Below are positions 40,930-48,660 of a stretch of 64,000 bases of DNA, one piece after another (within the stretch, counting starts at the first letter, position 1; the number at the start of each line of letters is the position of its first letter). The DNA lies in contig JAQUPP010000001.1 of NCBI GenBank assembly GCA_028716665.1, positions 349,046-413,045 of the forward strand. The letters run 5' to 3'. A program made the translations under genes and the position numbers. The notes beneath the pieces are model-generated. The model was not told the DNA's origin, did no database searches, and worked only from the letters and a program-made list of their open reading frames with translations. Origin of the DNA: Patescibacteria group bacterium (GTDB lineage Bacteria; Patescibacteriota; Patescibacteriia; UBA2591; JAQUPP01).

Positions 40930-41966
40930 TTTTTGTAAACAATATTTTCTTTTTTAAATACGAAAAGCAAATAATGAAATAAAAATTTAGGCAGAAAAAA
41001 ACTGAACAGATAATCTAAAAAGGCAATGATTTTGGCGAATCCATTGCCTAAAAGATTTGAAAGGTATGCCCCGAAATAAATTCCATGAAGCCTTACAGAG
41101 AAGTCGACATTTACTTCCTTTAATATTTTTTTCAGTTCTTTTAATTCATAGAGTTTGTAAAAGAAACCGTTTTTGTAATAAGACTTACCTTCTTGTCTGA
41201 TAATTTTACGATGCCTAATTTCTGAAGCATTCCAGGTATTCATTATTCCCATGCCATTATTATTAAGAATTCTTTTAAGATCCAAAAGCATAAGTTTGGG
41301 GGCGTTAATATGTTCAAATAATTCAAGGGCAAAAATAAGATCAACAGATGATTCTTGAAATGGCAGAAATCTTACATCAGCTTTAACCAAAAATACTCTT
41401 TTTTTGTCTTCGTCGCTTAATTTTTCATATCCGTATGACATTAATTCTGGAAGAAAATCAATTGCGATAACTTGTTCGAACCCCATTTTCAATAATGCTT
41501 TAGTTACTCTTAATGTTCCACAACCTATATCCAACGCGATATTTTTATTTTTAATTTTGGAAATATATCTCATGGCGCTGATAATGTGAAGATCATTTTT
41601 ACTTTGGTGGAAAATAAGGTTGTCATATCTCTCTCCTATGTTAATACCTTCTGAGATGAATTTTTTATTGTATTCATTAATTTCCTTCAAATGTGGATCA
41701 AATAACGCCTCAAAATATTCTACAGGGGACAGACAATTGAATACTTGAGTAAACCATTCAGAAGATTTATTATTCAGAATCAATTGCTCAAATTTTTCTT
41801 TATGATTTTTATCTTGGTCATCAACTTGTACTTGAAAATCATAAATATTTTTGTTTTTTGTGAATTTTTCCCCGCAAAAAGTGCAAGAAAAGACTTCCGA
41901 ATCAAAAGTTAAGCGGTTTTTGCAAATCGGGCAACATAATAAATTTTCAATTGATAAATTTGCCAT
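40926..41966 (-). CDS. Class I SAM methyltransferase with N-terminal Zn ribbon
   Basis: CPIC...CTFC, LDIGCG, ADVRFLPF..SVDLI..LFEH. Confidence 0.85.
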   Translation of the reverse strand: MANLSIENLLCCPICKNRLTFDSEVFSCTFCGEKFTKNKNIYDFQVQVDDQDKNHKEKFEQLILNNKSSEWFTQVFNCLSPVEYFEALFDPHLKEINEYNKKFISEGINIGERYDNLIFHQSKNDLHIISAMRYISKIKNKNIALDIGCGTLRVTKALLKMGFEQVIAIDFLPELMSYGYEKLSDEDKKRVFLVKADVRFLPFQESSVDLIFALELFEHINAPKLMLLDLKRILNNNGMGIMNTWNASEIRHRKIIRQEGKSYYKNGFFYKLYELKELKKILKEVNVDFSVRLHGIYFGAYLSNLLGNGFAKIIAFLDYLFSFFLPKFLFHYLLFVFKKENIVYKK

Positions 41967-43055
41967 TTATTTTAATTTATTCAATATATTTTTAACAATT
42001 TTTTTTGCAGTTCTACCGTCGCCGAAACAATTAATTTGTTTTTCTTTAGGGTTAAAGAATTTAATTGCTTTGATAATTTTTTTCTTATTATTGCCGACTA
42101 AAATATTCCAACCATATTTGCGTGTTTCTATCCATTCAATAGTATCTCTCAGGGTGATACAGGGAGTTTTGGCAAAATAAGCTTCTTTTTGAACTCCCCC
42201 GGAGTCGGTTAAAATTTTTTTTGCATTTTTTTCGAGCCAAAGCATATCCAAATAGCCCACCGGAGTTATAATTTTCAATTTGCATTTTTCAATTTTCAAT
42301 TTGAGTTTTTTTAATTGTTTCTGCGTGCGGGGGTGGATTGGAAAAATAACTTTTTCATTGCTTTCTTGAATTGCCTCAAGAATTTTTTTTAAATTTTCGG
42401 GGTTATCCACGTTTGAAGCGCGATGAATGGTTAAGAGACAATAAGCTTTTGGTTTTAAATCTAAGATTTTTAAAATTTTAGATTTTTTTTGCGCGATTTT
42501 AATATTTTTTAAGAAGACGTCATACATCAAATCTCCCGTGTTATAAACATTTTTAATGATATTCTCTTTCTTTAAATTTTTTATCGCGGTTGGAGTCGGG
42601 CAAAAAAGAATATCAGAAATATGATCGGTTAAAATGCGATTGATTTCTTCCGGCATATTCATGTCTCCGGAGCGCAGTCCCGCTTCAATATGGGCGACTG
42701 GAATGTGTAATTTTGCCGCCACAAGAGCTCCGGCCAAGGTAGCATTAACATCGCCAACCACAATTACTAAATCAGGTTTTTCTTTCAAGCAAACTTTTTC
42801 AAATTCAATCATCGTTTTGCCGGTTTGCTCGCCATGAAGACCAGCCTTAATGCCCAAATTGTAATTTGGTTTAGGGATATTTAATTCTTTAAAAAATGCA
42901 CCGGACATTTTATAATCATAATGCTGTCCGGTGTGAACAAGAATTGGCTTGATTTTCTGATATTTTTTAAATTCTTTAAACAAGGGGGCAATCTTGATAA
43001 AATTAGGCCTCGCGCCGACAACGCACAATACTTTTATTTTTTTATTTTGAGGCAT
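41967..43055 (-). CDS. wecB: Non-hydrolysing UDP-HexNAc 2-epimerase (WecB/WbpI-like)
   Basis: VGARPNFIK, HTGQHYD, HIEAGLRS, PEEINR, TDSGGVQKEA. Confidence 0.95.
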   Translation of the reverse strand: MPQNKKIKVLCVVGARPNFIKIAPLFKEFKKYQKIKPILVHTGQHYDYKMSGAFFKELNIPKPNYNLGIKAGLHGEQTGKTMIEFEKVCLKEKPDLVIVVGDVNATLAGALVAAKLHIPVAHIEAGLRSGDMNMPEEINRILTDHISDILFCPTPTAIKNLKKENIIKNVYNTGDLMYDVFLKNIKIAQKKSKILKILDLKPKAYCLLTIHRASNVDNPENLKKILEAIQESNEKVIFPIHPRTQKQLKKLKLKIEKCKLKIITPVGYLDMLWLEKNAKKILTDSGGVQKEAYFAKTPCITLRDTIEWIETRKYGWNILVGNNKKKIIKAIKFFNPKEKQINCFGDGRTAKKIVKNILNKLK

Positions 43056-44145
43056 AAAATTCCTTGATTTTTTGGATGATATGACTTTGTTCTTTTTGAG
43101 AAAGTTCCGGATAAATAGGCAGTGACATTACTTCTGTTGTCGCTTTTTCAGTTTGAATGAAATCGTTTTCTTTATAACCTAAATTTTTAAAAACAGGCTG
43201 GAGATGAAGCGGTACCGGATAATATATCACAGAAGGAATATTATTTTTGGTTAAATACTGTTGGAGTTCATCGCGTTTTTGCGCCCGAATGGTGTATTGA
43301 TGATAAACATGTTCGTTATTTTTGGCGAGATAGGGGACGGATATTCCTTTTATTTTCGCCAAACTCTGATTATATTTTTTTGCTTTTTGTTGGCGTCCTT
43401 TTACCCATTTATTCAGATATTTTAATTTAACTCTCAGAATTGCCGCTTGAAGAGCATCTATGCGGCTGTTGACCCCGAGAGTTTCGTGATAATATTTTTT
43501 CCTTGAACCATGCTGGCGAAGCATTTTTATTTTTTCAGCCAATTTTTCGTTATTGGTCAAGACCATTCCGGCATCGCCGTAAGCGCCGAGATTTTTTGAA
43601 GGGAAAAATGAAAGACAACCGAATTCGCCGAAGGATCCGACATTTTTTCCTTTATATTTGGCGCCAATGGCTTGAGCGCAATCCTCAATAACATAAAGTT
43701 TATGTTTTTTTGAGATTTCCATTATTTTGTCCATTTCACATGGTTGGCCGTAAAGATGAACCGGAATTATGGCTTTGGTTTTCGCGGTAATTTTTTCTTC
43801 AATTTTATCAGTATCAATATTAAAAGTTTTAGGATCAATATCAACAAAAATCGGTTTGGCGCCGCGGACAGCGATTACTTCAGCTGTGGCAAAAAAAGTG
43901 AAAGGAGTGGTAATAACTTCATCTCCAGGACCAATATCAAGAGCCATTAATGCGAGAAGGAGAGCATCTGTTCCGGAATTAACGCCAATGGCATATTGCG
44001 TTTTGCAATACGCGGCAACTTCTTTTTCCAATTCAGTCACTTCTTCACCTAAAATAAAATGAGCATTGTTTAATACTTTGCTAACAGCCTTGTTAATTTC
44101 TTTTTTAATGGATTTATATTGAGCGGTAAGATCTAAAAATTGCAT
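43042..44145 (-). CDS. DegT-family aminotransferase (WbpE-like)
   Basis: NSGTDALLLAL, IEDCAQAIGA, SFFPSKNLGAYGDAG, NSRIDALQAA. It is adjacent to wbpA/B/D-like genes. Confidence 0.92.
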   Translation of the reverse strand: MQFLDLTAQYKSIKKEINKAVSKVLNNAHFILGEEVTELEKEVAAYCKTQYAIGVNSGTDALLLALMALDIGPGDEVITTPFTFFATAEVIAVRGAKPIFVDIDPKTFNIDTDKIEEKITAKTKAIIPVHLYGQPCEMDKIMEISKKHKLYVIEDCAQAIGAKYKGKNVGSFGEFGCLSFFPSKNLGAYGDAGMVLTNNEKLAEKIKMLRQHGSRKKYYHETLGVNSRIDALQAAILRVKLKYLNKWVKGRQQKAKKYNQSLAKIKGISVPYLAKNNEHVYHQYTIRAQKRDELQQYLTKNNIPSVIYYPVPLHLQPVFKNLGYKENDFIQTEKATTEVMSLPIYPELSQKEQSHIIQKIKEFYASK

Positions 44146-44173
44146 ATAAAAATTAAATTATTAAGTTGATAAA

Positions 44174-44761
44174 TTATATTTGCTTGACTGTCTTTTTTTC
44201 TTTTAAATATTTTTTGCCGCAAATTTTACAAACGGATTTATTGTTTTTAAATTGCAACTTGTTGCCGCAATCGCAAACCCAATCATGAACAGCAGCCGGT
44301 ACACCGTAAGCCAAAGCGTAATCAGGGATATCTTTAGTAACAACCGAACCGGCACCGATAAAAGCGCTTTTGCCGATGGTGGCGCCGCAAACAATTGTGG
44401 CATTGGCGCCGATTGATGCGCCTTCTTTAACCAAAGTGGATTTCCATTTGCCGTATTCCGGATATTTTTTCTTTGGAAATTTTGCGCGCGGATTAGGATC
44501 ATTGGTGAAAACCGCCGACGGTCCGACAAAAACATAATCTTCCAAAGTAACTAAATCCCAAGCGTCAACATTGGATTCCAATTTAACGCCATTGCCCATT
44601 TTTACTTGGCCGCCGACAAAACAATTATGTCCGACCATGCAATTTTCGCCGATTTGCGCGCCGGCTAAAACCTGGCTGTTTTGCCAAATTTTTGTCCCGG
44701 AACCGATTTTTGCTCCCGGTGAAACTTCTGCTGATGAATGTGTCCAAAATTTTTTTTCCAT
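44174..44761 (-). CDS. Hexapeptide-repeat N-acetyltransferase (WbpD-like) with C-terminal Zn ribbon
   Basis: Left-handed beta-helix repeats, GPSAVFTND..PRA, GASIGANATI, CDCG..CKICG. Confidence 0.92.
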   Translation of the reverse strand: MEKKFWTHSSAEVSPGAKIGSGTKIWQNSQVLAGAQIGENCMVGHNCFVGGQVKMGNGVKLESNVDAWDLVTLEDYVFVGPSAVFTNDPNPRAKFPKKKYPEYGKWKSTLVKEGASIGANATIVCGATIGKSAFIGAGSVVTKDIPDYALAYGVPAAVHDWVCDCGNKLQFKNNKSVCKICGKKYLKEKKTVKQI

Positions 44762-44768
44762 ATTTTTT

Positions 44769-45767
44769 TTATGATAATTTAATTATTTTACCTTTTTTAT
44801 CTAAAGATTCTTGGCAAGCATTTAAGATTTTTAAAACACTTAATGCTTCTTTTCCGTCGCTTTTAGGATTTTTGCGAGTATTGATGCAATCAAGGAAATG
44901 CTGGCATTCTTGACGCAGCGGCTCAGATGGCGGCAGAGAAATTATTTCTCCTTCCGCTTTTTTCGCTTCCGGAATTTTGCCGAGCCATTCAACTTTATGA
45001 GGATAAACAACCAATTTATTTTCTGTTTGATCGTCAAAAACAGCCATTTTTTTCTCGCCGATTACGGATAATTTTTGTTCTTTAAAAGGATTAAGCCAAG
45101 AAACAAAAATATGAGCGGCTTGATTTTTATCAAATTCAAAATAACTTAAAGTGCTGTCTGCCACGTCTTTATTCAGCCAATCCATGCCATGGCTGCAAAT
45201 TTTTTTAGGCAATTTTCCCATTAAATCAATAATGACCGCGATATCATGCGGAGCAAACGACCAAAGAATATTTTCTTCAGTGCGAAGTTTGCCGAAGTTA
45301 AGACGATTGGAATGAATATAGCGGATTTTTCCCAGTTCTCCCTGTTCAATCAATTCTTTTAATTTAATCACGGCCGGATGATAAAGAAGAAGATGCCCGA
45401 CCATTAAAATGCATTTTTGTTTTTCGGCTAATTTCACCAATTCCTCGCCATGCTTGATATTCAAAGCCAAAGGTTTTTCGACAAAAACATCCTTGCCGGC
45501 CAGAAGAAATTTTTTAACCACTTGATAATGGGTGGCGGCCGGCGTGGCAATGACCACGCCTTTGATATTTTTATCAAGCGCCACGTCTTCAAATTTTTGC
45601 GTAGTATTAATTTCCGGATAATTTTTTTTCAGAGCATCAAGCGCGTTTTGATTAAGATCACTAACGGTTTTTAAAACGCCTAACTCATAAAAATTTCTAA
45701 CTAAATTTTTACCCCAGTAACCACTGCCGATTACCGCGATATTTTTTTTTGATGATTCTATAACCAT
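44769..45767 (-). CDS. Gfo/Idh/MocA oxidoreductase (WbpB-like)
   Basis: IG.GYWGKNL.RNF, VFVEKP, FAPHD. Confidence 0.9.
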   Translation of the reverse strand: MVIESSKKNIAVIGSGYWGKNLVRNFYELGVLKTVSDLNQNALDALKKNYPEINTTQKFEDVALDKNIKGVVIATPAATHYQVVKKFLLAGKDVFVEKPLALNIKHGEELVKLAEKQKCILMVGHLLLYHPAVIKLKELIEQGELGKIRYIHSNRLNFGKLRTEENILWSFAPHDIAVIIDLMGKLPKKICSHGMDWLNKDVADSTLSYFEFDKNQAAHIFVSWLNPFKEQKLSVIGEKKMAVFDDQTENKLVVYPHKVEWLGKIPEAKKAEGEIISLPPSEPLRQECQHFLDCINTRKNPKSDGKEALSVLKILNACQESLDKKGKIIKLS

Positions 45768-47056
45768 AATACATTTTTAAATTTTCTATTTTTAATAGCG
45801 TTGCGCGTGTCAACCACTAAAAGCGATTTTTTAGCCACTTCATCATAATTGAGATTAGAGTGATCGGCTAAAATTAAAACGCAATCATAATGTTTAAGAT
45901 TTTTTGGTTGATATTCAATGGATTTTAAATTTTTATTGTCAATTCTAAATTCCGGAATATATGGATCAAAATATTCCACATTGGCTCCTTTTTTCCAAAG
46001 ATCGCGAATGACATGATAAGAAGCTGACTCTCTTGGGTCGGCCACGTCTTTTTTATAAGCAACACCCCAAACTAAAACCTTGGCTCCGTTTAAAGATTTC
46101 TTATGCTGATTAAGTCCGGAAATAACTTTTGTTACGACAAAATGGGGCATTCCATCATTTATTTCACCGCCCAATTCTATAAATCTTGTATAAAACCCGT
46201 ATTCTTTGGCTTTCCAGGAAAGATAAAACGGATCAAGTGGAATGCAGTGTCCTCCGATTCCAGGTCCGGGATAAAATGGCATAAATCCGTAGGGTTTTGT
46301 TTTGGCCGCTTCAATCACTTCCCAAATATCAATACCCATTTTCCCGCATAAAAGAGCCAATTCGTTAATCATTGAAACATTGACTATTCGGAAAGTATTT
46401 TCAAGAATTTTTGTCATTTCCGCGGCTTCAGGCGAAGAAACTTTAAAAACTTTTTCCAAGAATGATCTATAAACTAAATTTGTAAGTTTGGTGCATTTAG
46501 GAGTAATACCGCCAACTACCTTGGGAACATTTCTGACGTTGAATTTTTGATTACCCGGATCAATTCGTTCCGGCGAAAAAGCCAAGAAAAAATCTTTTCC
46601 CACTTTTAAACCGGATTTTTGAAGAACAGGCAAAATAACTTCGCGTGTTGTTCCGGGATAAGTGGTGCTTTCTAAAATTATTAATTGCCCTTTTCTGATA
46701 AAACGGGCAATTTCTTTAACCGTGGATTGAATATAAGTAATGTCAGGCTGTTTGTATTTATCCAAAGGAGTGGGAACACAGATAATAATCACATCGGCAA
46801 GCTTTAGAATTTTTTTATCCGTGGTGGCTGAAAATTTTTTAGATTTAAGAACCCCTTGCAAATCAGCCGAAGAAATATCGGCGATATAAGAATGACCTTG
46901 ATTGACCAACTTAACTTTATTTTTTTGAACATCAAAACCAAAAACTCTGAATCCTTGCTCGGCTAATACCACGGCCAGCGGAAGTCCCACATAACCGAGT
47001 CCGATGATTGTAATTTTAGCTTTTTTGTTTTTAATTAATGTTTCTAAATTTTTCAT
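45758..47056 (-). CDS. UDP-GlcNAc 6-dehydrogenase (WbpA-like)
   Basis: GLGYVGLPLA, CVPTP, ESTTYPGTT, SPERIDPGN, KILENTFR.VN, GGHCIPLDP. Confidence 0.93.
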   Translation of the reverse strand: MKNLETLIKNKKAKITIIGLGYVGLPLAVVLAEQGFRVFGFDVQKNKVKLVNQGHSYIADISSADLQGVLKSKKFSATTDKKILKLADVIIICVPTPLDKYKQPDITYIQSTVKEIARFIRKGQLIILESTTYPGTTREVILPVLQKSGLKVGKDFFLAFSPERIDPGNQKFNVRNVPKVVGGITPKCTKLTNLVYRSFLEKVFKVSSPEAAEMTKILENTFRIVNVSMINELALLCGKMGIDIWEVIEAAKTKPYGFMPFYPGPGIGGHCIPLDPFYLSWKAKEYGFYTRFIELGGEINDGMPHFVVTKVISGLNQHKKSLNGAKVLVWGVAYKKDVADPRESASYHVIRDLWKKGANVEYFDPYIPEFRIDNKNLKSIEYQPKNLKHYDCVLILADHSNLNYDEVAKKSLLVVDTRNAIKNRKFKNVLWL

Positions 47057-47086
47057 ATTTTTAATATTATAAATATTATGAAAGAA

Positions 47087-47114
47087 ATTATACCATCTTT
47101 TTAGAATCAGACAA
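47087..47114 (-). promoter_or_regulatory. Putative promoter of the glycan operon
   Basis: On the minus strand, TTGTCT-16 nt-TATAAT with a TG-n extension. Confidence 0.55.
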
Positions 47115-47118
47115 GGGC

Positions 47119-47146
47119 TTGTCCACTGTTATAAATGTGATATAGT
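47119..47146 (+). promoter_or_regulatory. Putative divergent promoter of the flippase/ligase genes
   Basis: TTGTCC-16 nt-TATAGT with a TG-n extension. Confidence 0.5.
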
Positions 47147-47193
47147 GTTATCGTATCTATTGAATTTTTTCAGATAATTAAGAATATTTTTTT

Positions 47194-48648
47194 ATGTCTT
47201 CAACAGCCAAAAACACGTTATATCTTTTTTTTGCCAGAATTTATCAAAAATTAACCGCTTTATTTTATTATTTTTTATTAGCCAGATATTTAGGGGTGGC
47301 GGATTTTGGTAAAATTACTTTTACACTTTCCTTTGTTGCTATTTTTGCCGCTTTTATTGATTTTGGATTAAATGCTCTTTTAGCTCGCGAGACAGCCAGA
47401 GAAAAATCAAAAACCAAAATTTATTTGGGGAATATTTTGGGCATTAAATTTATTTTCAGTATTTTAATTTTTGCCGTTGTTTTTATCGTCATTAATTTGC
47501 TTCACTATCCGATAATTACCAAAAATTTAATATATTTGGGAACCATCTTTATAATTTTATGTTTATTCGCCGATACTTTATATTTCGCTTTTCGCGGTTA
47601 TTTTAATTTTAAATACGAAGCAGTCGGCATTATCATCAATCAAACAATTGTTGTTGCTGCCGGTTTGATTTTTATGAAATTAAAATTCGGATTGCTTTTG
47701 ATATTTATGCCTTATATTTTTGGCAGCTTGTTTTATTTGATTAATGCTCTTGTGCTTTTTAAAAGATGTACGGGTTTTAAATTGAAATTATTTTTTGATC
47801 AAAGTTTTATTAGAAATTTATTAAAAGTCAGTTTTCCATTTTTTATTGCCGGATTGATTGGTGTCCTATATATTAATATTGATACAGTCCTTCTCTCTCG
47901 CTTGGCTGACGATCGAGCTATGGGCTGGTATAATGCCGCCAAAAGGTTGATTTTAAGCCTTTTATTTTTAATACCCATTCCTTTGAGCGCGGCTATTTAT
48001 CCGACTCTCAGTCGTCATTTTATTTCTTCTCGTCAAGATTTTTCCCGAGTTTTTCAGGAAGCGATTTTTTATCTTTTTTTAATTCTTTGCCCGATTTTTT
48101 TAGGAACATTAATTTTAGCGCGGCCAATAATCAGTTTGCTTTACGGAAACGATTATTTGAATGCAGTCGCAGTTCTTCAAATTTTAATTTTGGCTATGCC
48201 CTTGATGTTTTTTGATAATTTGGTGATCAGCTTGCTTAATGCTTCCAATCGGCAAAAAAATAATATGATTAATCAGGGAATAGGACTTGTGTTATTAATT
48301 ATTTTTTCTTTTATTTTAATTCCTTTATTTTCTCAGCGTGGAGCAGCGATAGCTTATTTACTCAGTTATATTATTCTTTTCATTTTAGAAATTTATTGGG
48401 TTTTAAAATTGGTTAATTTCAAAGAAAAATATTTTTTCAAAAAAATGTCTAAAATTTTATTGTCCGGTCTGATAATGGCTGGCGGACTTTTAATTTTTAA
48501 GACAAGATTGAATGTGGTTTTCTCGACTTTATTGGGAATAATAATTTATGGCGCATTTATTTATTTTTTGGGAGTAATAAAAAGAGGGGACATTTTAGAA
48601 ATTAAAAATTTAATTTTTTCTAAAAATATTCCTCAAAATTTAGAATAA
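47194..48648 (+). CDS. Second Wzx-like flippase
   Basis: Multi-TM protein with ARYLG.ADFG, DFGL, NIDTVLLS, GWYNAA. Confidence 0.9.
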   Translation: MSSTAKNTLYLFFARIYQKLTALFYYFLLARYLGVADFGKITFTLSFVAIFAAFIDFGLNALLARETAREKSKTKIYLGNILGIKFIFSILIFAVVFIVINLLHYPIITKNLIYLGTIFIILCLFADTLYFAFRGYFNFKYEAVGIIINQTIVVAAGLIFMKLKFGLLLIFMPYIFGSLFYLINALVLFKRCTGFKLKLFFDQSFIRNLLKVSFPFFIAGLIGVLYINIDTVLLSRLADDRAMGWYNAAKRLILSLLFLIPIPLSAAIYPTLSRHFISSRQDFSRVFQEAIFYLFLILCPIFLGTLILARPIISLLYGNDYLNAVAVLQILILAMPLMFFDNLVISLLNASNRQKNNMINQGIGLVLLIIFSFILIPLFSQRGAAIAYLLSYIILFILEIYWVLKLVNFKEKYFFKKMSKILLSGLIMAGGLLIFKTRLNVVFSTLLGIIIYGAFIYFLGVIKRGDILEIKNLIFSKNIPQNLE

Positions 48649-48660
48649 TTGATTAAAAAT

